A DNA stretch of 64,000 nucleotides from Eledone cirrhosa (GCA_964016885.1 OZ024741.1:78740001-78804000); one strand, 5' to 3'. Positions 1-13,330 are shown, counted from the stretch's first letter. Program-made: numbers and translations. Notes: generated by a model not told the origin, from the letters alone.

Positions 1-1004
1 AATTGAAACCATTCAATGTGGGTGTCAGACTCCGTCATGGGTGCATAGTGTCACCTTTCTGTTCATAATCTTCATGAATGAGATTGACATGCGCAGCCGG
101 GTTGGAATTGGTGTCCCGACTGGTGGATGTAAGAAAAGTCAACTGGAATTTCCAGACTATATGGTGTTACTTAACTCAACAGAAGGTGATCCCCAAATTG
201 CACTTGATAGGTTCGATGCCGAGTGTTGCATGGCTGGAAAGAAAATCAGTGCTGCGAAGACCGGGCGCTCGTCCTCTCAGGGAAGCTTGCTCAGTACACT
301 CTACATGTGAATGGAGTTCCACTGAAGCAGGTGGATATTTTGTGGCCGTGTTCACGAGTTATGGAAGACAGGAGGCTGAATTAAGTACAAGAATTTCAGG
401 TGCTAGTGCGGTTAAGCACCAGTTTCAGCATTCGGTAATCAGAAGAAGAGAGGTAGATATAAAAGCCAAACTTGCTATCTTCAATTCGGTATTGGTGCCA
501 ACCCTTACCTATGGTCATGAATCTTGGGTAATGACCGAAAGAATACGATCGCGAATACAAGAGGCTGCAATGAGCTTCCTCTGAAGGGACTTTGACTAAC
601 GTTACTCGATAGAGTACATAGCTCGGAGATCAGAGAGTCACTCCAAGTAGAGCCCCTACATCCCCGAATTGAAAGATCACAGCTCCGACACTATGGATAA
701 TTGGTTAAAATGTCTCAGGAAACAATCGCTAGACAGATTTTACGGGCAAAATCAACCGACAGGAGACCCAGGGGTAGGCCCCGAGGAGGATGATTGAATA
801 ATATCCATGATTTCGGCCTGTCTCGCTTGGGGATCAGGCCAGATCAACTGGAGACGGTTGCTTTTATCAGGGCCCGCTGGAAGAAGTGTTTGAAGACTCT
901 CTCCCCATGACCCTCTCGAGAACAAGTGGGAGGAGGAGGAGGAGGGGAGGAGGAGGAGGAGGAGGAGGAGGAGAAGAAGAAGAAGAAGAAGAAGAAGAAG
1001 AAGA
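1..1004 (+). mobile_element. RTE-clade LINE, 3' portion (RT C-terminus, 3' UTR, (GGA)n/(GAA)n tail), decayed
   Basis: Translation AKLAIFNSVLVPTLTYGHESWVMTERIRSRIQEAAMSFL and a downstream RPRGRP motif are typical of RTE ORF ends; stops and frameshifts present; the same 3' end (cca[c/t]gaccctctc + (GAA)n) recurs at 15629-16098 and 33530-33707. Confidence 0.85.
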
Positions 1005-1244
1005 ATGGAAGGATATGAAAAAGATAATTAAAATGCAAATACTTTCGTTTTATGGAAGACACTTTGAAACACATCGGCAACTTTTTTAAAAATTTAATCT
1101 TTACATTTTAATAATGAAAGAATTGTATTCTTTCATTTGTATGTTTCTTATTGATTAGTTTTAATTTTCATTTTCACATTTCGATAATGAATATTCTTGG
1201 TTATATCTTTCATACCTTTCGATATTTAAGGTTCTTTCAATATT

Positions 1245-1655
1245 TGTCAGAAGTGCTCCCAGTAATGTTACCAGACGTGCCGCCAGATGTACTAAGGTCT
1301 TCCACCAGATGTACTGCCAGATGTGCTGTCAGATGTTCCACCAGGTGTGTCGCCAGTCATGCTGCCAGATGCACCACTAGATGTACCGCTAGATGTGCCG
1401 TCAGGTGTTCCGCCAGGTGTGCCACCAGATGTACCGGCAGATTTACCGGCAGATGTACCGGCAGATGTACCAGAAGATGTATTGGCATATGTGCCGTCAG
1501 ATTTGCAGCTAGATGTATTGCCAAATATGTCACCAAATGTATTGCCAGATATGCCGCCATGTGTATCGCAAGATGTATCACCACATGTTTCACCAGATAT
1601 ACTGTATGATGTACCGTTAGATGTGTCCCCGCTTGTGCCACCAGATGTGCCGCTA
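1245..1655. repeat. Degenerate 12-bp minisatellite (consensus ~CCAGATGTGCCG)
   Basis: Roughly 30 visible units of ccagatgt[g/a]cc[g/a]; they generate the low-complexity DVPP/GTSG ORFs. Confidence 0.85.
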
Positions 1656-2304
1656 AACCAATATTTTAAAGACAAATAAGTGAAAAAAGACCAGGAAAAA
1701 TTAAACCGATATTGTGAAGCTAACAAATGCGGTGTGGGAGCAACTTTCTAGAATGTTGCTTAAAAAAATATCGAGTTGGCAGCCTTGCTTCGAACTGTCT
1801 TTTGCGGAATAGCCTCGATATGAATACATACACTGATTAATGCAAATATGTGACATTACATGCGCAAAACAGTATATATGTCTATATGTATACACGCACA
1901 CACACACACACACACACTCACATGTACGCACATAAATGCAGACACACATTAAATTATACTTACACGTTTACGTGTATGTTATATACGTGTGTGAGAATAA
2001 CACAAGATGGATGTGGTGATGTTGTCCCATATGGATACACACTTACGTATATAAATGTGTTGATATGTACCCATACATGGGAAATCATTTCAATTCATTG
2101 AAACCTGTCACAAGAGATAATCGCTTTTGACAAACGATTAAATATTTCATATTGGTAATATATTTTCATGTGTGTTTGTGTGTATACATCTGTGTAATTA
2201 CGCATATATGCATGTGTATGTGGCTTTGTGTGTATTTATGTGTGTGTATGTACATGTGTATTTGTGTGTACGAATGTGCGTGTGTGAATGTGTGTGTGTC
2301 TGTT

Positions 2305-2344
<40 letters not shown>

Positions 2345-2538
2345 GTGAAAATATCATTCTACATGCAAACAACATACCCTAATACACTTCTGTCTATGTA
2401 CCCGGTCTTCAGGTGAATTGAAAACATTATGAGAATGTGAATGAGTACAAGATAAGCGTCAATTGAAAATATTGTGAGGAAAGTGAAAAGTACCATACTT
2501 AAACGTCAACAACATCGACAATTATTATAAAAATAACG

Positions 2539-2752
2539 ATTTCTAATTTAGGCACAAGGCCAGAAATTTTTGTCGGATGGGAGAGTCGATTAATTTGACG
2601 ACCATACTTGACTGGTACTATATTTTATCGACCCCAGAAGAATAAAAGGCAAAGTTGAGTCCGATGGTATTTGATCCTAGAACTTAAAATGCCGGAACAA
2701 ATACCGCACAGTACTGTATCAGATGATCTAACGATTCTGCCAGTTCACCACC
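2539..2752 (-). mobile_element. tRNA-derived SINE (octopus-type family with Deu/Nin-like core)
   Basis: Tail tttctaatttaggcacaaggccag, core ctggtact..ttttatcgacccc..aaaggcaaagtt, degenerate A/B boxes; many homologous copies in the window. Confidence 0.8.
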
Positions 2753-2984
2753 GTGAAATAACAATAATATGGGCCTTAACGTTTATTTTTTCAGATTCAG
2801 TATGGTGTTCCCAAAAATCACGGGAGCTCTGGCAATGAACCAGTGTATCCATGCATTAAGAGGGCCCCATGACAAACACACGCACGTGCAGATGCACATA
2901 CACACACGTATGCATACGTACATAGATACTTACTTATATACATACATTCATACGCACATACATACATGCAAAATAAAAAAAATA

Positions 2985-3500
2985 GACCCGTTCACTGAGG
3001 TTGTTCATGGGTACTTGAGACGAAAAACGCAGACCAAAAAGCCTGATATGAAGTTCTGGCAAGTTGATAACCTTGCACTCCAGTAACAAGAAATCTCCAT
3101 CAATTACCTACTTCACAAAAGAAGAAAGCCATCAACTGACAATAAATGTAGGTGTCTGCAAATCAAAGTCCGAAGATGTTATTCATATTGTTGCCAACTT
3201 TGAAAGTAAGTCTTCTTGTTAATACCTCCCCATGAAACATGATGTGGTAACTACAACAGTCTGGAATGCAGTGTGGGAGACGAAAAGAACAAAAATTAGG
3301 GATGAATACAGTGAAACAGATGTCTCAAAGAAATACTGGTACAACGTAAAAATAAAAAGCGCCACCCAATTAAGACACAATTGGCCTGATAATGTTGTTT
3401 CGGATCACATGCTCTATTGTTGAAGTCAACTGCCTACTCGATGTCAATGTAGTAAGCAAAATACGTGACAGTAGTTTATCTACAGTTCATTGGTAAGGAG
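2985..3500 (+). mobile_element. R4/Dong-like non-LTR retrotransposon C-terminal fragment (CCHC knuckle + restriction-like endonuclease), decayed
   Basis: Fragments VHGYLRRK, KCRCLQ..EDVIHIVA, YLPMKHDVV and YWYNVKIKSATQLRHNWPDNVV resemble the R4 RH..V / HNRPD motifs. Confidence 0.6.
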
Positions 3501-3689
3501 TTTGTAGATCCAGTACTTAAAATACACATTCAGTTTTATATCTATTATTATTTGAGCCACAACATATATACCATTGGCCTGTACATAACGGGTGTGATGT
3601 AAGACAATAAAGTGAAGTGGAATATGGAAAACTGTCTCTCGTCTAACTTAATATTCATACTCCGTCTGATACCATATACGTAATATATT

Positions 3690-4618
3690 ATGGATGCATA
3701 TGATGTGGATTGCTTATGCTTGCTTACACCATAATTAGTTGATTACTTGGATCAACCAATTCGGATTATTGAAACAGATGTTTCCATGATTGAATGTAAG
3801 CTTGTGTCAATACAGATGGACAGGTGTCAGATCCCGTTTTTGTTGAAATTCGGGCAAAACAAGAGGATATACTAGCACCTACACTGCTTGTATTTCACTT
3901 TGGTTTTCCTTATGGCATTTGAGGACTGCACGCATGGAATTTATATCAAGTATCGTTCTACAAGCAAGTTGTGTAACATCAGAGGGTTTGCTGCCAAAAC
4001 AAAAGTGTTCATGTCTTTAATACATGGAGTTTTGTAGGCAAATGATTGTGATTTTGTTGCTCACTCTGAGAGTGACATGCAGCACATGATAGATTCTTTT
4101 TCGGAGGCATGCAGCGCATTGGGTCTGACAATCAATTTGGCCAACACAGTTGTCATGTATCAACCTGCTCCGAGCAAAGGTTTCACTGAGCTTACCATTT
4201 ATGTATATGGAAAAATATCGAAGAATGTGGATAAATTTGTGTTTTAGGCAGCGCAGTTAATATGACAAACACCCTTGATATGAAATCTTGTTACGACTAA
4301 AGAAAGCAAGTGATTCTCTTTTGTAAATTAGATGGGTGTCTCTGGTGTCGACGTGGGATTTCCAATGGTACAAAGTTAGATTTGTACAGAACATGTGGAG
4401 AGTCTTCATTGTTGTATGCATGTGAAACTTGGGTTACATTCCAGCAAAATATAAAAATTCTTGAACATTTTCACCAAAAGTGTCTTCTTGGTATCAATTG
4501 GCAATCCTTGGCAGGGCTAAAGAGTCAGGTTCGTGCCACTCATGTGTGCTAGAGGGGACAGGTAGTGACAATTCTTCAAATCGAGATACAACCATCATGT
4601 ATGTATGCATATATTTGT

Positions 4619-4620
<2 letters not shown>
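3690..4620 (+). mobile_element. RTE-BovB-like LINE RT fragment, decayed
   Basis: Translations ANDCDFVAHSESDMQHMIDSFSEACSALGLTINLANTVVMYQP and LLYACETWVTFQQNIKILEHFHQKCL; ends in ccatc(atgt)n like 32098. Confidence 0.8.
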
Positions 4621-4679
<59 letters not shown>

Positions 4680-4699
4680 CATACATGTAAGTATATATA

Positions 4700-5795
<1,096 letters not shown>

Positions 5796-6146
5796 TACCC
5801 TTCATTAGTACAGTTCACTGTTCACCTGTCAACCATTGATCGCTCGTATACAGGAAACTGACTGGTCAGTCTGCTGATATGCAAATCTGGCTGATAAGTG
5901 GATCTGCTAATATGTAAATCTGACTGATCAGCTAGTCTCCTAATATGCAAATCAGGCCGATCAGTCACTGTATATTTTAGAAAATATCAAATATTTTCAC
6001 TAGCTCTGACAGTTGAAATGAAAGGAAAGCCGGAAATGAATTTACCCTGGACTCGATTTATTAGTACCGGTATTTCAGAATTTTCATCCAACATCAGGAG
6101 GTTCCGAAGGAATTTCGGAGATTTGTCGTATTTTGCTAGAATCAGT

Positions 6147-6179
<33 letters not shown>

Positions 6180-6254
6180 CACACATACACACACATATAT
6201 ATAGTATATATATACAGATGCGAGAAAAAACACAAACCCTCCACCTCAATTCTA

Positions 6255-6290
6255 CTTTTGAAAAGCATAAGAACTATGAAACCGGTAAAG
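6255..6290 (+). ncRNA. Candidate minimal type I hammerhead, family D, U3-A8 core variant
   Basis: ctt-TTGAAAA-gcataagaactat-GAAA-ccg-GTA-aag; palindromic ACCGGT stem III; the homolog at ~5092 keeps a cctt/aagg stem I; stem II is weak. Confidence 0.5.
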
Positions 6291-6396
6291 GAAACAAATA
6301 AATATTCTTAAAAAGACTCCAGGTGCATTTTCGATTTCTTTTCCTTATACTTTCACTCATGTAGGAGATCTGATTTTTTTTTTCATTAAAAAATAC

Positions 6397-6532
<136 letters not shown>

Positions 6533-6783
6533 AAATGAAATTTCATTTCTCACTCATAGTATGGCTGATACTTAAATATAAGTATGTATACGTACATACA
6601 TATATATATGCAGACGTACGGTAGTATGTATATACATACATACATGCACACATATATATATGTACGTATGGGTTTACCGAACATTTATTATAATGCTCGG
6701 TTTGTTTCTAAACAAACAGCCCGAATTAAGCCGTACCGTGTTCGGCAACCATCGTTGCCCTTTTGTTCAACACTAACAAAGGA

Positions 6784-6826
6784 ACGATAAACTAGTTTCT
6801 AGCTTATTAGCTGTCATCAGCACCGT
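6784..6826 (-). ncRNA. Minimal type I hammerhead ribozyme, family B copy 1
   Basis: acggtg-CTGATGA-c-agct-aata-agct-a-GAAA-cta-GTT-tatcgt; 6-bp stem I, 4-bp stem II, palindromic ACTAGT stem III. Confidence 0.75.
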
Positions 6827-7263
6827 ATGCCTTCCTGTCAGTCGAGTGAACGTTTGAAAGTATATACTTTCCTTATGCATATTAACGGCTGAACAGCCTA
6901 ATTTGCATATCGAGTGACTTAGTCGTCCGGGCGTACCGAAAACGATAAATAGAAAAAATGAAATTTCATTTCTCACTCATAGTACGGCTGATACTTAAAT
7001 ATAAGTATGTATACATATACAAGGGCGGTGCCCCAGCATGGCCTCAGCCGGATGGCTGAAACAGGTAAAAGAGTAAAAGAGTATATGTATACAGACGTAC
7101 AGTAGTATGTATATACATACATACATGCACATATATATATGTACGTAGGGGTTTACCGAACATTTATTACAATGCTCGGTTTGTTTGTAAACAAACAGCC
7201 CGAATTAAGACGTACAGTGTTCGGCAACCATCGTTGCCTTTTTGTTCAACACTGACAAAGGAA

Positions 7264-7304
7264 CGATGAACTAGTTTCTAGCTTATTAGCTGTCATCAGC
7301 ACCG
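7264..7304 (-). ncRNA. Minimal type I hammerhead ribozyme, family B copy 2
   Basis: cggtg-CTGATGA-cagctaataagcta-GAAA-cta-GTT-catcg; intact core. Confidence 0.75.
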
Positions 7305-7498
7305 GCTTAATTCATAAGCATACGGCTTAATTCGGGCTGTTTGTTTACAAACAAACCGAGGATTATAATAAATGTTCGGTAAAGCAGAAATTGAAAATTA
7401 GAATTGGTGCTTTGAAATTGCGATATATATATCAGTTCCTGATTATTATATCAGTTCCTGATTATTACTAGAATTCAATAAGAATCAAACATTCATGA

Positions 7499-7591
7499 TT
7501 TTCAGCAAACAGGTGGAGTACTTGGCTTTGATAAGTACCAATCAGTACGAAACAGAGATCTGTCAGCTTTATCTCCCCTGTTTGCTGAAAA
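7499..7591 (+). ncRNA. Type I hammerhead ribozyme, family C, U3-A8 core variant with long extended stem I
   Basis: ggct-TTGATAA-gtac-caatca-gtac-GAAA-cagagatct-GTC-agct; outer helix ttttcagcaaacagg / cctgtttgctgaaaa (15 bp). Confidence 0.8.
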
Positions 7592-7677
7592 TTTAAAGTA
7601 CGTGAGACTGTCACTACTCTAAAACAATAGCGAAACGCTTTTAATTAAGCATACAGTGTATTGCAAAATACACTATA

Positions 7678-7726
<49 letters not shown>

Positions 7727-8174
7727 ATATATATATTTATATATATAGTTAGGGAAGCAGAAAATTGCTTATTGTAATCCAGTTCGTGGTTAATACACCC
7801 AGTTTCATGGACGGTTTCAACGTACGGTTAGGGGTAACTCCACAAGTTTGTAAGAATCACGTTCAATCCTGGAGTGTAAAGGACTAAAGAGAAAACACAG
7901 GTAAGCATTAAAAAGGATTTTATCCAGGTATATACGACTGTTTCATTGGTAAGTGCAACCTTATATTGCTATACTGCAAATAGCAGCCACTCAATAATAA
8001 TTGTTGTACACGTCCAAATTTTCAAAATAGTGAATAAGTTACTCTTAACAAGTTCTTAATAAGCAGAAAAACATTTTTTGGAATTGTATTTGCTAGTATA
8101 GAGAGAGAGGAAGGGGGAGAAGAATTAGGAAGTAGGGTGACAAACTGACAATATGTATATATATATATATATCA

Positions 8175-8982
8175 TTGGATACTTAGTAAAATCGAATCTC
8201 TGGCGGTGTGCAAGCAAATTTGGCCTACTATGTGAATGAGTTAGCAAAGCACTCGATAAGGTAGGTCCTCAGAGTAATAACATACGTTTAAATCGCTTGA
8301 CAAATTAAACATTGTGGTAGGCAAAATCTAACACACAATATACCAAAGTAACGAAAGAACTAACAGGTTGAGAAAAATACACCTGGATAAATCAAACGTT
8401 ATACGTTTAAAGTGTTTCTATGAATCCGAAATCAAATATCAGACTTACGTAACTGGCAAGCTCGTGGTATTCATGATCGAACAGAGGATTCAGTTCATCA
8501 ACAGGTTTTCGTTTTACCAAAGAACGGGGCGATAAGCTAAATGTTGCCGCTAGGTGCAGCATATCGTATATATAGTTGTCACGTGTTATTTCCAGCAAGG
8601 GAAATAACCCCCGGTTTTTTGGTGGGTCATTCAAAATGTTAGACAAAGGAAATATTATAATTTCCGCTAACCATCAGAATAAGCTCTCGACCAGATGTTA
8701 TTAAACAAACACAAATAATTAACCAATCAACAGAATTGTCTAATTAAATTAATTAAATAAAATCTAGGAGAAAATAATATAATTGGATACTTAGTAAAAT
8801 CGAATCTCTGGCGGTGTGCAAGCAAATTCGGCCTACTATGTGAATGAGTTAGCAAAGCACTCGACAAGGTAGGTCCTCAGAGTAATAACATACGTTTAAA
8901 TAGCTTGAAAAATTGAACTTTGTGGTAGGCAAAATCTAACACAGAATATACCAAAGTAACGAAAAAACTAACAGGTTGAGAG
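8175..8982. repeat. Unclassified element with ~200-bp direct repeats (8175-8372, 8783-8982); another copy at 63724-64000 in the opposite orientation
   Basis: Near-identical blocks ttggatacttagtaaaatcgaatctctggcggtgtgcaagc...aacaggttgaga; flanked by (TA)n. Confidence 0.75.
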
Positions 8983-9765
8983 AAAAAAAAAAAAAAAAAA
9001 TATATTTATATATATATATATATAAACGGAAAAAATGAAACGAAATTTCATTTCTCACTCTTAGTACGGCTGTTACTTAAATATAAGTATGTATACGTAC
9101 ATACATATATGTATACAGACGTACAGTAGTATGTATATATATATACATACATGCACACATATATATATGCAAGTATGGATTCACCAAACATTTATTATAA
9201 TGCTCATTTATTATAATGCTCTCCCTTTCCCTTCTCACTTTTGGTTGCTCGTGTCTCTCTCTCACTTTCTCCTGTCTATGTGAGAGGCAGCACGATTATA
9301 CCAGCTCTGAGTCGTAGCTGACCACCAGGCTAAAGTCTCCCAGGTTGGCCACAACTTACTTTCCCTATTTTTCCACGGTTACTTTTTTGCATGTTTCTTT
9401 CACCTGTGTCTTCCCACGATGGGATCTGCACACTTTTTTCTTCTATTGCTTTCCTATTTTTCCCCTTCATCCTCTCTCCTCATCCTTTCCCCCTGTTCTT
9501 CCTCCTTTCCTCTCTTTCCTTTTCTAACTCCCTTTTTTTCTCTCTTTCTCTCTCCCCTTTTTTCACTCTTTCTCTCTCCTTTTCCACCTGGCCCTTTGAT
9601 TAATAAAAGGCCTAGGGCGCACCCGAACTGTAATTCAGCGCCGAAACATTGGTTCGGGATTTACAGTTGACGATGGAAGCTCCTTTTCTCCTCCTGTTCC
9701 GTCCTAACCACCATCCTAAACCTTGTTTTTAGTAACCACACAGCTCCTTTCGTTTCATAACTTTT

Positions 9766-9807
<42 letters not shown>

Positions 9808-9809
<2 letters not shown>

Positions 9810-11000
9810 CGAATAAGAAAAAGCGAAGTAGTTTCAGATGTTAAAGTTATTTAATGATAATGCTATGATACATATTTCAATGACGACAGTGGCCACACGG
9901 TTCGGTGCGCCCAGTGCCGTGACATCATCAGACAGCTCCTTACATAATAAGGTTATGTTTCCGAGGCAATCCAAATTGAATCGACATGGGAACGGACAAA
10001 GCGTGTGCTCTTGAATTCTTCGCCCGTTCCCTTGTGAGTCCCAATTCACCCCCACCGGTCTGCGCAAATACATAGTTAATATCTCTATCACATGAATCAA
10101 AACAAAAAATACAAAATATAAAATACGCAAAAAATACAAAAAATACATAGATGCAAAATGAGATAGGAGATATATATGTAAAATGAGATAGGAGATATTA
10201 ACTATGTATTTGCCTAACTACTACGTTTCATACTGTAATTTACTGTTCGGTACGTTCTACTGTTCTACTGTACGGTACTATCGTTCAATATATGTAATAT
10301 TAATCCCCTTTTCAAAACTTCTTACTATAATTTAAACATCTCCCTATGTATTAGTTATTATATGTACATATATTTTTTGACTTACTTCAATCAAGATTTT
10401 AACTTGTAATTTTTTAATTTTTGATTTTTAATTTTTAGTTTTAATTTCTAATTCTCAATCATAATTTCCACTGTGAAACCATAATACCTAGAAATAAGTA
10501 TATATTCTCTTAGCGGGTGATGGTCAATTCTACTCTCTATGCTTAATTTAGGGGTAGTATTGAGACCTATTGAAACTCATACTCTCCCACCCCCACTAGC
10601 TTTCGGCCAACTGCCACTGGCAGGGTGGCTAGCAGTAAACTATAACCGTGTCATATTAGAGACCTGGATGGGGTGATTGTTTGGTTGAGAGGGCGACCTG
10701 CCTAGGCGAGTTTCGTTGAACTTTGGGGTAGTTGATGGTCAACTTCCTTCTGACAAACGCCAGCGCAGACCGGTGGGGGTGAATTGGGACTCACAAGGGA
10801 ACGGGCGAAGAATTCAAGAGCACACACTTCGTCCGTTCCCATGTCGATTCAGTTTGGATTGCCTCGGAAACATAACCAGATTATGTCACGGCACTGGGCG
10901 CACCGAACCGTGTGGCCACTGTCGTCATTGAAATATGTATCACAGCATTATCATTAAAGGACTTTAACATCTGAAACTACTTCCCTTTTTCTTATTCGAT
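9808..11000. repeat. Inverted repeat (arms 9808-10065 and 10763-11000), family E, hammerhead-bearing
   Basis: Arms are reverse complements (the ORF track shows RRPVGVNWDSQGNGRRIQEHTL on both strands); bounded by (TA)n. Confidence 0.85.
9862..9936 (-). ncRNA. Type I hammerhead ribozyme, family E (AUC triplet, long stem II)
   Basis: gctgt-CTGATGA-tgtc-acggca-c-tgg-g-cgcac-cgaacc-gtgtg-g-cca-c-tgtcgt-catt-GAAA-tatgt-ATC-atagc; the other arm (10877-10946) has a decayed core CAGATTA. Confidence 0.65.
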
Positions 11001-11210
11001 ATATACTCCGTCACTCCTATGGGGAAAAAGTACGTTGAGAGTTTGAATTGAATTGCATCAATATTTACCTTAAGTATATATATATATAAGTTTATCCCGG
11101 GTTCAATCGGGGGTAACCACAGTAAGTAAGGTACTCAACACATAGCAGAGTATACATATTTAATATAGAAATGGCTTCTACAGGACTAGATTTGTTTCAT
11201 TCGGGAGAAA

Positions 11211-11346
<136 letters not shown>

Positions 11347-11654
11347 TTATTAAAATAACAGATTAAAGTTTAAGCAAAGAATCGCTGCTTTCACCTTTAA
11401 CGGGATCTTCTGAAACTAACAAAGTCAATCTGTAAACGCAGAAGTGGATATTTCAAAAAACGTTGCAACCGGAGGAAGACAAGAAGACGATACTTTGGTT
11501 CGTGGAAACGTTCCCTGGCAAAGAACGGGAAAAAACGAATATAATACGTCATTAATAGGAGCGGTGAAAAACAATTACACGCAAAGACAGAACCACGTTT
11601 ATGGTATAAAAGAAGTCGTGGACTAATGGTGTAAAAGAAGTCGTAGACTATTAT

Positions 11655-11731
<77 letters not shown>

Positions 11732-12699
11732 CGCGTGTGTGTGTGTGTGTGTGTAATGGTGTCTATAGGCCTGTGTAATTAATACATTAAACATGCACTG
11801 AATGAAGAATTCAAATAATGTTTGTAGTTTCAAAATATTTATTATTAATAGTGAGAGTTTACTCCAAATTTCGCTACTTTTATTGGCTTTGGATGACACG
11901 TTTATAACGATGCCAGTGGACAGTAAAACCATATTGATAAAGTTGATTTGATGATTAAATTCTTAACAGAATGTAACAGTTTTCCTTGCTGTATCCACTC
12001 TAATGAAACTCATAAAAATAAAAGGGTCAAAGAAAAACATCTGTCTATATATACCTAAAGCTCCCAGACAAGTAAAATGTAGATTTCAAAAATCTGCAGT
12101 AATTTTAAATGGAGTTTCAAGACCAGAATTTTCCATACTATCCTTTGAAAAACATTGCCTGAAACAATGTCCGCATTCTTGAAAATAATAGAGAAATTTT
12201 CCTTTTGTGTATCGGAAATAAGTTCTATTTAAGATGGATGAAATTTCTACAAGCACAGAGAAAATTTTGTATTGGCGTATTTCGATACCGGGTATTCAAG
12301 GAGCTGCCTACACGCAAATTGTAAATAATCTATAATAAATAAAATCGTTAATTTATATAGGATAAATATATACTATATATACATAAGTATTATATATTTT
12401 CTATTTTACTATATTTATATATAATATGTAACATTTGATATTTAATATATATTATATCGTCTCTACCACCACCCCACCACACCATGGACCTTCTCTATGT
12501 CCCCCCTCCGGAGGGGGGGGGGGCGATAGCGCCCACTTTCAGAACCTCTGATATACATGATTATATTCTATATTCGTTAATTTTATGTTTCTGTAATAGT
12601 GTTATTACTCATTAGGTATGAAATTTAGAACCACTGAGGTTGTAATTTGTGGTGTCCAGCATCAGAGAAGAGGTAATGATATCATAGTTTGGTTTGGTT

Positions 12700-13330
12700 C
12701 CGTTTCTGCTAGCGGTCCTTCACACATCACGAGAAATTGAGCAAATAGTTTAAGCTGGTCGAATAAAGTAATGAGTCAAGAAATTTCTTCCAAAATCATG
12801 CGTTTTAAAAAATCATTCAAAAATAGTGAGATTCTACTTTATCGTATAAGTGAACTAAAGAGTTAAATGAAAGAGCTACAAATGAAAAGTTCGCTCTCCT
12901 TGCTCTCCCACGGGTATGAACCCTTTGATAAGAATTTGCATCCAGCTATTGCTCACAAATATGTTGTAAGGACTTCACCCCGTATTCAAATATGCTAAAA
13001 TATTCTATATTACATAAAATGCATGTTTCTATATCCTATTTGTTCCACTGTTGATGACACTAGTGAAGAGGATCTGGGGCTTCTTATGTGATGTATCAGA
13101 ACCATATTTTGGGCTTTGGAATTGTTTGGAGTTACAATTAGTATTAAGAACAAAACTGAGCTCCCAAAGCGCAGTAGATCATCTATGATACTATTCTGAT
13201 TATCACGGCATGTGTTCAAATGTTTCGCTTTTAACAACTACGGAAAGAAAATGAGGACAAAATTGAAAACTTCAACATAACGAAAAAATGTTATGAAAAT
13301 CTATAAAATTAATATATCGAAACAGGAACA
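12700..13330 (+). mobile_element. Possible highly decayed Penelope-like GIY-YIG remnant
   Basis: Fragments HKYVVRTSPRIQI (cf. YIGRTxRxL) and SSQSAVDHL (cf. SAIAEHL); many stops. Confidence 0.3.

Noticed and set aside
11760-12551. hAT transposase remnant
   Set aside because: Only a TIR-like end (actttcagaacctctg) and vague similarity; no motif I can defend
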